A stretch of DNA of 62,044 nt, filler included. It is 5 parts of 5 records of this genome, joined end to end, with 100 filler letters (N's around TTAATTAATTAA, not from the genome) between each part and the next. Parts side by side here need not be neighbours in the genome. Positions count along the whole stretch, not along the records: positions 1 to 31,473 come from SRR20825010_4206; 4 more parts are not named here. One strand, 5' to 3'. Shown here piece after piece: positions 10,453 through 21,774 of this stretch. The position numbers and the translations under genes are program-made. The notes beneath the pieces were generated by a model. That model was not told the DNA's origin. It was given only the letters and a program-made list of their open reading frames with translations, and did no database searches. How positions within the stretch are numbered: position 1 is the stretch's first letter; each line of letters starts with the position of its first letter.

Positions 10453-11996
10453 TCATGGGCCATGGCCATAGCCGCTTTCGGCCCTGTCCATAGCGATGGC
10501 AGTATGACAAAGGAGACCGGTATGGCGGTTATCACAATGAACTGCTGTAGCACGCCAATCTGCCCTGAACCCATATACAGCAGAATGGCGGCCATCAGCG
10601 CCATGGCACCGCCCCAGAATACCCGGATCCAAGGATTTGGCTCATCATGGCCCGCACCCACCATGGCAATGGAATAGCTCATGGAGTCGCCGGTGGTGGC
10701 GACAAAAATGGTGGTGAGTAGCAGTATCGCGGCGGCCATCCAGGTGCCTCCTGGCAGCGCCTGGGCCACGGTCAGTGTGGCGACGTCAAAACGGAAATTG
10801 TTCAACGCTTCGGTCAGGTCAAAGGTGCCGGCCAGCTGGTGATAGATCCCCGAGCCACCCAGCAGCGTAAACCAGATTGTGGTGGCAATAGGTGCCAATA
10901 CGGCAACCGCGAGGATCATTTCACGAACCGTGCGTCCGCGGGAAATTCGCGACACAAACACCGCCATCAAGGGCGTGTAACCAATAAACCAGGCGAAGAA
11001 AAACACCGTCCACCATTTCATCCACCAGTCCGGCGCCGTTTCAGCGGTCATCGTCGACATTGCCATGAAAGACGTCAGGTACTCGCCGAATGACTGGGTA
11101 AAGGTGTTGGCCAGAAACAGCGTGGGACCGAACAGGAAAATCACCGCGGCGATGGCCAGGGCGAGGAGCACGTTGAACCGGCTGAGCAACTGAATACCCT
11201 TGTGCAGTCCGGTCATGGCGGATGTCATGTACACCCCGGCCAGAATGATCAGTACCGCGAGCTGGGTGCCATAGCCATCGGTGATGCCAAACAGCTCGTG
11301 CAGCCCGAAACTCACCTGGGTTGCCAGGAAACCGATAGGGCCGACGGTTCCCGCCACCACGGCAATGACGCAAAGGGCGTCAATCACCCCACCCAGCTTG
11401 CCTTGAACAGCGTTCTCACCAAACACCGGATACAACAGGGTTCGCGGCTGCAGCGGTTTGCCCTGATCATAGTGAGCCCTGCTGAGAACCAGTGCGGTCA
11501 GCGAGCCGAGCACGGCCCAGGCAAGGAAGCCCCAGTGAGTAAACGACTGCGCCATGGCGGGAGCGGTGGCCGCAGCCGTTCCGGCTTCGGTATCAAACGC
11601 CGGTGGTGTTACCACAAAGTGATAGACCGGTTCCCCGGCGGCGAAAAACACCCCTCCACCGGCCAGCAATGTACACATGATCATTGAAAGCCAGCGAAAA
11701 CGGCTGATTTCCGGCTCGTCCAAGCCACCAATCCGTGCATTGCCCGCCTTGCTGACTGCTGTTCCGAGTGCGATGAAAAAGGTTGCCAGCAGGAGTAGTT
11801 GGAAGAACGACCCCAGGTACTTTGCCGTCCAGGTGAATCCGGCGCCAATCGCTGTAGCGACGGCGCTGCTGTCAATAATGGAAGCACCAACGAACAGCAG
11901 GATGAAGCCAATCGTAAGCGTCAGAACGATCGGGTCGCTATCGGAGAAAGCGCCCGGCCGTTCATCGGTAGCCAGGGAGTTTGTCTGGGAGGTCAT
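10437..11996 (-). CDS. BCCT-family (betaine/choline/carnitine) transporter
   Basis: About 12 TM segments; FFAAGEPVYH, HWGFLAWAV, WWTVFFFAWFIG, FVSRISRGRTVRE. Confidence 0.92.
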   Translation of the reverse strand: MTSQTNSLATDERPGAFSDSDPIVLTLTIGFILLFVGASIIDSSAVATAIGAGFTWTAKYLGSFFQLLLLATFFIALGTAVSKAGNARIGGLDEPEISRFRWLSMIMCTLLAGGGVFFAAGEPVYHFVVTPPAFDTEAGTAAATAPAMAQSFTHWGFLAWAVLGSLTALVLSRAHYDQGKPLQPRTLLYPVFGENAVQGKLGGVIDALCVIAVVAGTVGPIGFLATQVSFGLHELFGITDGYGTQLAVLIILAGVYMTSAMTGLHKGIQLLSRFNVLLALAIAAVIFLFGPTLFLANTFTQSFGEYLTSFMAMSTMTAETAPDWWMKWWTVFFFAWFIGYTPLMAVFVSRISRGRTVREMILAVAVLAPIATTIWFTLLGGSGIYHQLAGTFDLTEALNNFRFDVATLTVAQALPGGTWMAAAILLLTTIFVATTGDSMSYSIAMVGAGHDEPNPWIRVFWGGAMALMAAILLYMGSGQIGVLQQFIVITAIPVSFVILPSLWTGPKAAMAMAHDQGLA

Positions 11997-12095
11997 GGTT
12001 GTTCCTTTCGCGAAGAGCCGCGCAGGGTACAGAAAAGTTCAGACCTCTGCATTCCTTTGTGGAGGTAGCCACCCTCCCAGGCATTGGTAAGCTCG

Positions 12096-13676
12096 TCAGG
12101 ATTCCGGAAATGCCGTCCAGTCATCCAGCCAGGTTGATGTGGCCCTGGGGTTGATCGCGCCCTGGTACATTGCCGACTCATCAAAGAATTCGGCTTTCGG
12201 AGGCCGTTTGGCGGTCATGGCGCGCACTGAGCTTCTGGGGCGGAAATGCGGCGACGACTCGCTGGTGACAGAGGGTTGCAAGCCGGTTTCAACCTGTACG
12301 GTGTTCTGCAGTTCGGGGCTGCGTATCCACAACTCTTCGTTGAAGCCGAAATCGTCATCATCGGTTTCGTTAACAATGGTGAGGTTGCCCAACCTACCGT
12401 TATTGGCAAGCAGGTTGTGGCTGAACGTCAGGGCATTCATGCCTATCAGCGCGGTGACCTCATCCCTGGTATCCAGGGCCTCAATGGCGTAACTGTCGAT
12501 GATCATATTGTGGAAGTGGCCGCCGGATCCCTCTCTTAGCATAATAGCGCGATGTTCTTTGGCGGAACGGCCGCTGCCATAAAGGGTGACGTTGTAGAAT
12601 GTGGGTTCGGACCGTGGCACGGCCGAGTGGCTGGAACCGTTGTTGTCGCCCTCAAAGGCGTTATCGCCAACATCCCGGTACTGCTGAATAATGGCAAACT
12701 GTACCCGGCCTCGCCAGCCCCAGTCCCAGTCGATGCTGTCATCGGCAGCACCGGTCACCAGGATGTTTTTCAGGTCGACGGTGCCACCGAACATTTCGAT
12801 ACCGTCGTCCAGAGCACGGTGAACCTGCACGTTCTGGATGATGGTGTTGGAGCCACAGCCACCCAGGGTTAAGCCGTTCAGCTCGTTGTTCTGATAGACC
12901 TCGAAACCGGCAAACTCAATGCGGGTGTATTGCACCACGCCGCAACTATGCTGCGTGTCGCTGCCACCGAATTGCCCACGGGTGTCGTTTTCAGGTACGC
13001 CTTCAATGCGGGCGTTCGGCTCGTTCACCGGTGCCTTTCCAAGAAGCACAACGCCACCCCAGTCACCGCGAGCCCGTGCTCCGGGTTCCTTGCTACTGGT
13101 AAAGACCACCGGTTGGTTACGGCTGCCGCGGGCAAACAGTTTGGCACTGGACGTGACAACCAGGGCGGAACCGGGTTCGCCCTCTATGGTTACGCCGGGT
13201 TCAATGGTCAGGTTCGCGCCTTCCACAAACACGGTGTTTTCAAGGGTGTATCGATGACCGCTTTCCCAGACGGTGTCTGTGGTAATGTCGGCGCTGATAC
13301 GCACGTTGCGATTCTCAAATGCGGTAAAACCGGCGACCGTGGCGACAACCGTGCCAATGACGGGAACCAGTACTAGCGCGTGACGGGCAAACCAACCGCG
13401 TCTTTTTTGCGGCGTGACGGGACTGGCCTGAAGTTTCTGGTTCGAGGACTTGGCCATCAGCGGACGGCCATCATCGTTGGCCATGATCTCGCGTGCCAGC
13501 GCCTGAAGCTCTGGCGTGCCATTGGCTTCCACACGCATCAGAACGTCATTGCGGTAGTTGGGCTCTCTCAGCAAGACGTTGAGATGGACAAAGTCGACGC
13601 TCGGGCACTGGCCCTTGTCGATGCGACGTTTGAGTCGCCAGAGCTTCTCTACCAAAAGGGAGGATTGGTCGGACAT
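12096..13676 (-). CDS. Membrane-anchored right-handed beta-helix protein of an uncharacterised family
   Basis: About 95-aa soluble N-terminus, one TM (LVLVPVIGTVVATVAGF), then LTIEPG, GDWGGVVLLG, NGLTLGGCG, DDGIEMFGG, DDSIDWDWG motifs; RBS GGAG. Confidence 0.7.
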   Translation of the reverse strand: MSDQSSLLVEKLWRLKRRIDKGQCPSVDFVHLNVLLREPNYRNDVLMRVEANGTPELQALAREIMANDDGRPLMAKSSNQKLQASPVTPQKRRGWFARHALVLVPVIGTVVATVAGFTAFENRNVRISADITTDTVWESGHRYTLENTVFVEGANLTIEPGVTIEGEPGSALVVTSSAKLFARGSRNQPVVFTSSKEPGARARGDWGGVVLLGKAPVNEPNARIEGVPENDTRGQFGGSDTQHSCGVVQYTRIEFAGFEVYQNNELNGLTLGGCGSNTIIQNVQVHRALDDGIEMFGGTVDLKNILVTGAADDSIDWDWGWRGRVQFAIIQQYRDVGDNAFEGDNNGSSHSAVPRSEPTFYNVTLYGSGRSAKEHRAIMLREGSGGHFHNMIIDSYAIEALDTRDEVTALIGMNALTFSHNLLANNGRLGNLTIVNETDDDDFGFNEELWIRSPELQNTVQVETGLQPSVTSESSPHFRPRSSVRAMTAKRPPKAEFFDESAMYQGAINPRATSTWLDDWTAFPES

Positions 13677-13721
13677 TACTGCTGCTCCGTTGGGATGAGA
13701 GCACCGTTGTACATGTCCAAT

Positions 13722-13739
13722 GTGAAAGCTTTATGTCAA
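13722..13739 (-). promoter_or_regulatory. Pho-box-like site
   Basis: Minus strand TTGACATAAAGCTTTCAC, 14/18 identical to the E. coli phoA box CTGTCATAAAGTTGTCAC. Confidence 0.5.
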
Positions 13740-13805
13740 TTGAAAGAAAAGAGTCGCTTAAAGGGGAGTATTTCGTCGTAAAGAAGGGACTGAGATGCGG
13801 GAAAA

Positions 13806-13882
<77 letters not shown>

Positions 13883-13938
13883 ATCAACGGCCGGTATTAT
13901 ACGGATTGGCTGGTTTTTTACCAGCCCCCGTATGATTT

Positions 13939-16026
13939 TCACTGCCCACTGGCAGTGGGTAATACCGAGATATCCGCCACCCGCAGGAACAGGTTACGCA
14001 GCAGGTTGAGCATGGCCAGGCGGTTATTACGCACGGCCTCGTCGTCAGCCATCACCATGACTTCATCAAAGAAGTTATCCACCGGCTCCCGCAGGCTGGC
14101 GAGAGAGCTCAAGGCCGTCGCGTAATCGCCTTTTTCAAACAGTGGCAATGCCTTGTCGGCTTGCTGGCGAATTTGGTCGGCCAGCGTTATTTCCGCCTTG
14201 TCCTGCAACAACTCACTGTCGATGCTTTCACCAATGCTGTCGCCACCCTGCTTGGTAAGGATGTTGGACACCCGTTTGTTGGCGCCGGCCAGGGCCAGGG
14301 CTTCCGGTAGCTGGCGGAAGGCTTCCACGGCTTTCACCCGGCGGTCAAAGTCCAGCGGGCGTGTTGGACGGCGGGCGTGCACGGCGAGGTAGACTTCGGC
14401 ACTGATGCCCTGCTCTTCATAATGCGCACGGAACCGCTCGAGCATATAGTCCACCACTGTGTTGGCCACATTCGGTTCGGTGATGCTGTTGTGTTCCTCT
14501 ACCGCCCACTCGCACAGGGTTTGCAGGTCCAGTGGCAGCTCCCGCTCGATGATGATGCGCAATACGCCCAGTGAGGCTCGACGCAGCCCGAACGGGTCAC
14601 GGGTACCGGACGGTGGCTGGTTAATGCCGAACAGCCCCACCAGGGAATCGATGCGGTCGGCAATGGCCACGGCGCAGCCCGTCAGTGTTGCGGGCAGGTC
14701 GTCACCGGCAAAGCGGGGCATGTACTGCTCGTTCAGTGCGCTGGCCACGTCTTCGTTCTCGCCGTCGTTGGCGGCGTAGTACTGGCCCATGATGCCCTGC
14801 AGGTCAGTGAATTCCAGCACCATCTCGGTGACCAGGTCGGTCTTGGCGAGCATGGCAGCGCGTTCAGCCAGAACGGGATCGCTGCCAATGGCGTCGGCGA
14901 TCTTCTTCGCCAGTGCGGCCACCCGCACGGACTTGTCGTAAATGCTGCCCAGCTTGTCCTGGAACACGATCGGCTTGAGTTGGTCGATGCGGTCTTCCAG
15001 CCGGGTCTTGCGGTCAGTGTCATAGAAGAAAGCCGCATCGGACAGGCGTGGGCGGATGACCTTCTCATTGCCGGAAATGACCTGTTGCGGGTCCTTGCTT
15101 TCCAGGTTGGCAACGGTGATGAACAGCGGCAGCATCCGGCCGTCGGCGGAGACGACGTGAAAGTACTTCTGGTGTTCCTTCATGGAGGAAATCAGTGCCT
15201 CGGCGGGAACTTCCAGGAAGCGTTCCTCGAAACGGCCCATGAGCGGCACAGGCCACTCGTTGAGGGCGGTGACTTCGTCCAGCAGGTCTTCATCGATAAC
15301 CGCCTGGCCGCCCGCTTCCTTCCTGGCAATGGCGGTGACGCCGTCGCGGATCTGCTCGCGGCGTTCGGCGAAGTCAGCGGTCACATACCCTTCCTGGCGC
15401 AGCACCACTTCGTAGTCGCCGGGCGTGGGCACGATCAATGATTTCGGGCAGTGGAAACGGTGACCGCGGGTTTTGTTACCCGGAGTCAGCCCCATGATCG
15501 GGGTGTCGATCACCTTGTTGCCGAACAGCAGGATGGCCCAGTGCACTGGACGCACGAACTCGGTTCTGTGCGCGCCCCAGCGCATGCGTTTTGGAATCGG
15601 CAGTGCGGCCAGGGACTGGTCTACCAGTTCCGGCATCAGTTCAACGGTGGGACGGCCTTTCTCGATGGTGCGATAGACTACCCAGGCGCCCTTGTCGGTT
15701 TCCATCGTATCAAGCTGGTCCGGTGTCACGCCCAGGGAGGTGGCGAAGCCGGTCAGTGCCCGGGTGGGGTTGCCGGAATCGTCGAACGCAGCTTTCACGG
15801 CCGGGCCGCGTTTTTCCACCGGTTTGTCCGGCTGAGCGTCTTCCAGGTCCCGTACCCTGACGGCAAGCCGGCGTGGTGCAGCAAAGGCTTCCACCTTGCC
15901 GAACCGAATACCGGCCTCTTCCAGGCCATTGGTAATGCCACGGGTAAACGCGTCCGACAGTGGCTTGAGGGCCTTGGGAGGCAGCTCTTCAGTGCCCAGT
16001 TCGACCAGAAAATCCTGTTTTGCCAT
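13939..16026 (-). CDS. glyS: Glycine--tRNA ligase beta subunit
   Basis: [43 protein letters not shown]. Confidence 0.98.
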   Translation of the reverse strand: MAKQDFLVELGTEELPPKALKPLSDAFTRGITNGLEEAGIRFGKVEAFAAPRRLAVRVRDLEDAQPDKPVEKRGPAVKAAFDDSGNPTRALTGFATSLGVTPDQLDTMETDKGAWVVYRTIEKGRPTVELMPELVDQSLAALPIPKRMRWGAHRTEFVRPVHWAILLFGNKVIDTPIMGLTPGNKTRGHRFHCPKSLIVPTPGDYEVVLRQEGYVTADFAERREQIRDGVTAIARKEAGGQAVIDEDLLDEVTALNEWPVPLMGRFEERFLEVPAEALISSMKEHQKYFHVVSADGRMLPLFITVANLESKDPQQVISGNEKVIRPRLSDAAFFYDTDRKTRLEDRIDQLKPIVFQDKLGSIYDKSVRVAALAKKIADAIGSDPVLAERAAMLAKTDLVTEMVLEFTDLQGIMGQYYAANDGENEDVASALNEQYMPRFAGDDLPATLTGCAVAIADRIDSLVGLFGINQPPSGTRDPFGLRRASLGVLRIIIERELPLDLQTLCEWAVEEHNSITEPNVANTVVDYMLERFRAHYEEQGISAEVYLAVHARRPTRPLDFDRRVKAVEAFRQLPEALALAGANKRVSNILTKQGGDSIGESIDSELLQDKAEITLADQIRQQADKALPLFEKGDYATALSSLASLREPVDNFFDEVMVMADDEAVRNNRLAMLNLLRNLFLRVADISVLPTASGQ

Positions 16027-16028
16027 GA

Positions 16029-17054
16029 TTATGCGTTCCCCTGTTCCTGCTGAGCTTTTTTCGCTTTCTTACCCTTCTTGCCATTCGCCTTTTCGGCGGC
16101 GGCCTCGGTCGCTGCCAGTACCTCTTTGCGCAGGGCATCCGGTGCCAGCGGGAAGCCAAGCTTGCGGCGGCTGTCGAAATACGCCTGGGCAACGGCCCGG
16201 GCCAGGGTGCGAACCCGCAGGATAAAACGTTGGCGCTCGGTCACGGAGATGGCGTGGCGGGCGTCAAGCAGATTGAAAGTGTGTGAAGCCTTGAGCACCT
16301 GCTCATAGGCGGGCAATGCCAGGCCGGCTTCGATCAGGCGCGCGCTCTCGCGTTCGTGCACATCGAAGCTGTGAAACAGGAACTCGGTGTCGGCGTGCTC
16401 GAAGTTGTAGGTGGACATCTCCACCTCCTGCTGATGGAACACGTCGCCGTAGGTGACCACACCATCCGGGCCTTCGGTCCAGACCAGGTCGTAGACGCTG
16501 TCCACGCCCTGCAGGTACATGGCAATGCGCTCAAGCCCGTAGGTGAGCTCGCCGGTGACCGGATAGCATTCCAGGCCACCCACCTGCTGGAAGTAGGTGA
16601 ACTGGGTTACTTCCATGCCGTTCAGCCAGATTTCCCAACCCAGGCCCCAGGCGCCGAGGGTGGGTGATTCCCAGTTGTCCTCAACAAAACGGATATCGTG
16701 GACCAGTGGGTCCAGCCCAAGAGCCTTCAGGGAATCCAGGTACAGTTCCTGAATGTTGTCCGGGGACGGTTTCAGCACCACCTGGAACTGGTAGTAGTGT
16801 TGCAGGCGGTTGGGGTTCTCCCCGTAGCGGCCATCGGTGGGGCGGCGGCTGGGCTGAACGTAGGCGGCGTTCCAGGTTTCCGGACCGATGGAGCGCAGGA
16901 AGGTGGCCGGGTGGAAGGTGCCGGCACCCACTTCCATGTCCAGTGGCTGGAGGACCACGCAGCCGTGCTGCGCCCAGAAGTTCTGCAGGGCGAGGATCAG
17001 GCCCTGGAAGGTTTTGATGTCCGGCGTGTTTGCGGAAGTTGCCTTGTCTGTCAC
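16029..17054 (-). CDS. glyQ: Glycine--tRNA ligase alpha subunit
   Basis: [46 protein letters not shown]; start placed at GTG 17054 (uncertain). Confidence 0.97.
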   Translation of the reverse strand: MTDKATSANTPDIKTFQGLILALQNFWAQHGCVVLQPLDMEVGAGTFHPATFLRSIGPETWNAAYVQPSRRPTDGRYGENPNRLQHYYQFQVVLKPSPDNIQELYLDSLKALGLDPLVHDIRFVEDNWESPTLGAWGLGWEIWLNGMEVTQFTYFQQVGGLECYPVTGELTYGLERIAMYLQGVDSVYDLVWTEGPDGVVTYGDVFHQQEVEMSTYNFEHADTEFLFHSFDVHERESARLIEAGLALPAYEQVLKASHTFNLLDARHAISVTERQRFILRVRTLARAVAQAYFDSRRKLGFPLAPDALRKEVLAATEAAAEKANGKKGKKAKKAQQEQGNA

Positions 17055-17181
17055 GACGTTTGCCTGCTGGTCAGTCTGTGTGTGGTGCCCGGGCATCTGG
17101 CCGGGGCACTCCGGAAAAAAGGGGCATTATACGCTTGCCAATCGCGTATTTCTAAGTTGGGTTCAGAAGATTGATTTTGCG

Positions 17182-18585
17182 CTAGAAGAACGTCAGTCCC
17201 ACCTGGAACAGTTTCTCCACATCCCGTATCCGCGACTTGTCCACCAGGAACAGGATGACGTGGTCATCCGGCTGTACCCGCAGGTGGTCGTGGGCAATGA
17301 GGACTTCGCTGTGGCGGACGATGGCGCCGATGGTGGTGCCTTCCGGCAGGTTGATTTCGTCAAGCCGCTTACCCACTACCCGGGAGGACCGGTGGTCGCC
17401 ATGGGCGATGGCCTCAATGGCCTCGGCAGCGCCCCTACGGAGTGAGTGAACGTTTACTACGTCCCCGCGGCGAATGTGGGTAAGCAGGCTGCCAATGGTG
17501 GTTTGCTGGGGCGAAATAGCGACATCAATGTCGCCGCCCTGGATCAGGTCAACGTAGTCCGGGTTGTTGATCAGGGTCAGTACCTTGCGGGCGCCCAGGC
17601 GCTTGGCCAGCAGTGACGCCATGATGTTGGCTTCGTCATCGTTGGTGACTGCACAGAAAACATCGGTATTTTCGATGTTCTCTTCCAGCAGAATGTCCTT
17701 GTTGGCGGCGTTGCCCTCCAGTACCACGGTTTTGCGAAGGTTCTCGGACAGCATCACGCAACGTTCGTGGTCCCGTTCCAGAAGTTTCACCTGGTAGCGG
17801 GATTCGAGAGTATGGGCCAGGCGCTGGCCAATGTTACCACCCCCACAGATGAAGATGCGCTTGTAGGGTTTTTCCAGTGGCTGCAACTCGCTCATGACCG
17901 AGCGAATATGGTCGGAGGCAGCGATGAAGAAGACCTCGTCGCCGTCTTCAATCACCGTATCCCCCTGAGGCATGATCGCCCGGTCTTTCCTGAAAATGGC
18001 GGCGACCCGTGTTTCGATTTTGGGCATATGGCTACGCAGGTACGACAACTCGTGGCCAACCAGTGGGCCGCCTTCCGTCGCCCGAATGGCGACCAACTGA
18101 ACAAGCCCCTTGGAAAACTCCAGTACTTGCAGCGCGCCGGGGTATTCGATCAGTCGTGTAATGTGCTTGGTGACCAGGTGCTCCGGGCTGATCAGAACAT
18201 CGATGGGGAAACCCCGCAGGCTGTCCAGATCCTTTTTCTGATCCCGCTGGTAGAACAGTTCTGGTTTTGCCAGGTAGGCGTTGGCCCTGACCCGGCAGAT
18301 GGTTGTCGGGGTTTTGTAGAGCAACTTGGAGACCTGGCAGGCCACCATGTTGACCTCGTCACTGTTGGTCACGGCGATGACCATGTCACCATCTTCAGCG
18401 CCCGCCTGGCGCAGAACCGTGGGAAAGGAGGCCATGCCCTGGACAGTCCGAATGTCCAGTCGATCCTGAAGCTCCCGCAGGCGGGTACTGTCACTGTCGA
18501 TCACGGTGATGTCGTTGGCTTCGTTGGCGAGGTTTTCTGCCAGGGTCCCGCCCACCTGGCCGGCACCGAGAATCAGGATTTTCAT
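17182..18585 (-). CDS. trkA: Trk system K+ transport NAD-binding protein
   Basis: [12 protein letters not shown]; two RCK domains (second GGGNIG); ATG overlaps the rsmB stop (ATGA). Confidence 0.97.
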   Translation of the reverse strand: MKILILGAGQVGGTLAENLANEANDITVIDSDSTRLRELQDRLDIRTVQGMASFPTVLRQAGAEDGDMVIAVTNSDEVNMVACQVSKLLYKTPTTICRVRANAYLAKPELFYQRDQKKDLDSLRGFPIDVLISPEHLVTKHITRLIEYPGALQVLEFSKGLVQLVAIRATEGGPLVGHELSYLRSHMPKIETRVAAIFRKDRAIMPQGDTVIEDGDEVFFIAASDHIRSVMSELQPLEKPYKRIFICGGGNIGQRLAHTLESRYQVKLLERDHERCVMLSENLRKTVVLEGNAANKDILLEENIENTDVFCAVTNDDEANIMASLLAKRLGARKVLTLINNPDYVDLIQGGDIDVAISPQQTTIGSLLTHIRRGDVVNVHSLRRGAAEAIEAIAHGDHRSSRVVGKRLDEINLPEGTTIGAIVRHSEVLIAHDHLRVQPDDHVILFLVDKSRIRDVEKLFQVGLTFF

Positions 18586-19883
18586 GGTTCGGGTTTCTCC
18601 AGCACAGCGTAGAAAAATCCATCGTGGCTTTCGGGAACAGGCAGCATCTGGCGGCCGGTTTCCATATCGCGCCCCCAAAGGACATCGGGCTCCACCAGGG
18701 CAGCGTCGTCCTGCTGCTTCAGGAATCGACGAATTATACGGTGATTCTCCTGCGGAAACACCGAACAGGTGGCATAGACCAGGCGCCCTCCGGGTGCGAG
18801 CACTTGCCACATCGACTCCAGCAGACCCAGCTGAATGCTGGCGAGCGGGACAATGTCTGATTCACGGCGCAGCAACTTGATGTCCGGATGGCGGCGAATC
18901 ACGCCGGTGGCGCTGCAGGGAACGTCCAGCAGGATGCGATCGAACGGCTTCCGGTCCCACCACTGGTCAATATCTGCGGCATCGGCCTGTTTCAGTGTCG
19001 CCACGAGATCCAGCCGTTCCAGGTTTTCCTGCACCCGTGGCAGTCGATCAGCGGATTCGTCGATAGCGACCACTTCTTCCAGTTGTCCGCAGCTTTCAAG
19101 GATAGCGCAGGTTTTGCCTCCCGGTGCGGCACAGGCATCCAACACCCGTTGGCCGGGCGCCAGGTCCATCAGGGTGGTGCAGAGCTGGGCTGCTTCATCC
19201 TGCACACTGACCGCGCCTTCGGAAAACCAGGGCAGAAGATCCACCGGCACCGGGGCGGCCAATTGGATGCCGTGGGGCGCAAACACGGTTGCGTTGGCAT
19301 CGATACCGGCATCGGACAGTAATTGCAGGTAGTCGTCGCGGCTGAAGCGCAGGGCGTTCACCCGCAGGGTCATGGGGGCCTGGGTGTTGTTGGCTTCGAG
19401 AATAGCCTGCCAGTCGTGAGGCCAGTTATGGCGCAGTTTTTCAAGCATCCAGGGAGGGTGGCTGAAACGACCGATTTCGTCGGCAATGGGCGGCTCCCCT
19501 TCCCGCTCCGCAGCCCGCAGAACGCCGTTCACCAGCCCTGTCAGATGTGGTTTGTTGAGGGCGCGGCAGGCTTCCACGGTTTCATTCAGAATCGCGTAGG
19601 TGGCCTGCTGACTGAAGCGAAGCTGGAACAGTGCCACCAGCATCAAGTGGTGGACCACCCGGTCGGATTTGCGCAGCGGTTTTTTCAGGCGCGCCTGTAA
19701 CTCGCCATCGAGCCGGTGAAACCAGCGACAGGTGCCGTAGCACAGTGCCTGTAGTGGTGGTCGTTCGTTGTCTGCCACATCACCCATGGCGTGGGGCAGG
19801 CATTGGGACAGCGACTGGCCGTTCTCAACGGATTGCAAAACCCGGGCAGCAACCGCCCGCAGTGGCTGGCCCTGCTGGCTCAT
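18582..19883 (-). CDS. rsmB: 16S rRNA m5C967 methyltransferase
   Basis: NusB-like N-terminus; [40 protein letters not shown]. Confidence 0.97.
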   Translation of the reverse strand: MSQQGQPLRAVAARVLQSVENGQSLSQCLPHAMGDVADNERPPLQALCYGTCRWFHRLDGELQARLKKPLRKSDRVVHHLMLVALFQLRFSQQATYAILNETVEACRALNKPHLTGLVNGVLRAAEREGEPPIADEIGRFSHPPWMLEKLRHNWPHDWQAILEANNTQAPMTLRVNALRFSRDDYLQLLSDAGIDANATVFAPHGIQLAAPVPVDLLPWFSEGAVSVQDEAAQLCTTLMDLAPGQRVLDACAAPGGKTCAILESCGQLEEVVAIDESADRLPRVQENLERLDLVATLKQADAADIDQWWDRKPFDRILLDVPCSATGVIRRHPDIKLLRRESDIVPLASIQLGLLESMWQVLAPGGRLVYATCSVFPQENHRIIRRFLKQQDDAALVEPDVLWGRDMETGRQMLPVPESHDGFFYAVLEKPEP

Positions 19884-20819
19884 TCAGTTCAGCTCCTGGC
19901 CGGGCATCAGTATGTCCTTGCCGCCGTTGATCAGGTCGTTCACCGATTGTGGCCGCGAGCCGGACAACTGCAAACGGGTGATCCTCAGGGATTCCAGGCC
20001 GCAGGCAATGTCGATGCCCTCGCGGTCGCGGCGAATCACCGTGCCGGGATGTTTGTCGCTGGTGTCGTCCAGAATCTCCGCCTGATGAATGCGGATGCGC
20101 AGATCGTCCAGGTCGGTGTAGGTGCCCGGCCAGGGATTAAAGGCACGAATCAGCCGGCTGATGGCGGGGGCATCCCGGGTCCAGTCGATATGCCCTTCTT
20201 CCTTGCTGAGTTTACGGGCATAGCAAGCCCTAGCCTCGTCCTGGACTTCGCCCTGCAGTTCGCCTTTCTCAAGCTGCTCCAGCGACTTGACGATGGCTTC
20301 GCCACCCAGGCCAGCCAGACGGTCGTGAAGGCTGCCGCCGGTATCCGCGTCTTCGATTGGGGTAATGGCTTTCAGCAACATTGCGCCGGTGTCGAGGCCA
20401 GCGTCCATCTGCATGATGGTAATACCGGTTTCCCGGTCACCCGCGGCGATCGCGCGCTGAATAGGCGCGGCACCGCGCCAGCGAGGCAGTAACGAGGCAT
20501 GGATGTTCAGGCAGCCGTGACGAGGGAGGTCCAGCACCGCCTGCGGCAGAATCAGTCCGTAGGCAGCGACGATCATCACGTCTGCGTTAAGACTGCGGAG
20601 CTGTTCCTGCGCTTCGGGCGATTTCAGGGACTCTGGTTGAAACACGGGAATGCCCGCCTCAACCGCCACCTGTTTGACCGGGCTGGGTGTCAGTTTGCGG
20701 CCACGGCCAGCGGGCCGGTCGGGTTGGGAGTAAACGCCAACCACCTGATGATGGGTCGTGAGCAGTGCCTTCAGCGCGGTGGCTGCGAATTCGGGGGTGC
20801 CGGCAAAAACAAGTCGCAC
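19884..20819 (-). CDS. fmt: Methionyl-tRNA formyltransferase
   Basis: FAGTPEFA, QPDRPAGRG, NIHASLLPRWRGAAPIQ. Confidence 0.98.
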   Translation of the reverse strand: MRLVFAGTPEFAATALKALLTTHHQVVGVYSQPDRPAGRGRKLTPSPVKQVAVEAGIPVFQPESLKSPEAQEQLRSLNADVMIVAAYGLILPQAVLDLPRHGCLNIHASLLPRWRGAAPIQRAIAAGDRETGITIMQMDAGLDTGAMLLKAITPIEDADTGGSLHDRLAGLGGEAIVKSLEQLEKGELQGEVQDEARACYARKLSKEEGHIDWTRDAPAISRLIRAFNPWPGTYTDLDDLRIRIHQAEILDDTSDKHPGTVIRRDREGIDIACGLESLRITRLQLSGSRPQSVNDLINGGKDILMPGQELN

Positions 20820-20848
20820 GGGTATCGCTTCCTGGTCCGTTGAATACG

Positions 20849-20872
20849 AAAAGACCGGGTTTTCACCCGGTC
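20849..20872 (-). terminator. Terminator-like hairpin between def and fmt
   Basis: GACCGGGT/ACCCGGTC stem followed by only 4 U on the minus strand. Confidence 0.45.
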
Positions 20873-20896
20873 CCGATTTACGCTGTTTTGGCGGCT

Positions 20897-21400
20897 TCAG
20901 GCGCTTTTCTTGTGAAGCTTTTCCAGTTTCTTGCGAATACGGGTGCGCTTCAGTGAACTCAGGTAGTCCACAAACAGCTTGCCGTTGAGGTGATCCATCT
21001 CATGCTGGATACATACCGCCAACAGGCCACGGGCTTCCAGCTCAAAGGGTTTGCCGTCACGGCCAATAGCCCTGATCATGCAGTGTTCGATACGGGAGAC
21101 GTCCTCGTAGAAACCCGGTACCGACAGGCAGCCTTCCTGCATCTCCTCAAGCTCGCCATCAAGCACTTCCACTTCCGGATTGATGAATACCCGCGGTTCA
21201 CTTTTGTCTTCGGACAGATCCATGACGATGATCTGCTTGTGTACATTGACCTGGGTGGCTGCCAGGCCAATGCCGGGCGCATCGTACATGGTCTCGAACA
21301 TGTCGTCGATCAGCTTGCGGGTCTCGTCTGTTACCTCGTCCACTGGCTTGGCAAGGGTGCGCAAGCGGGGGTCCGGGTATTCGAGAATATCTAGTATCAT
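20897..21400 (-). CDS. def: Peptide deformylase
   Basis: [20 protein letters not shown]. Confidence 0.98.
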   Translation of the reverse strand: MILDILEYPDPRLRTLAKPVDEVTDETRKLIDDMFETMYDAPGIGLAATQVNVHKQIIVMDLSEDKSEPRVFINPEVEVLDGELEEMQEGCLSVPGFYEDVSRIEHCMIRAIGRDGKPFELEARGLLAVCIQHEMDHLNGKLFVDYLSSLKRTRIRKKLEKLHKKSA

Positions 21401-21774
21401 GGCGCTCGTACTTTTGGTGTCTGATTCTGGCTTTCACCGTTATCTTTTGTAACGGTGTGAATACTGTCTCCGAAATGCGACAGCGTACTGCGCATTTTTC
21501 CATCCCGTGACTATTATGATCGGGATGAAAGAGCCGGTTTCAACGGGTTTTTGCCGTTTATGGTGCTATTATCCCTCAACTCGCTCATTGAGTACAAACT
21601 GATCAGTTGATAGTCAAAAGCTTTCGACCATAGCGTAGAATTTACTGGAAGAACAAAAGATAACATCACAATTTGCGAGACATCTTCTATAGTAGTGGTA
21701 TAAAAGGCAGAGTACCGGCTGCTTACCAAGAACAGAATCTATCGATTCAAGGCACGCGATCAAGGACTTAAACA

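Noticed and set aside
18586..18810. N-terminal extensions in the ORF track for trkA (also gabT, glyQ, tsaC, the flavin oxidoreductase, phytase)
   Set aside because: They overlap neighbouring genes or lack an RBS, and family-typical starts lie downstream
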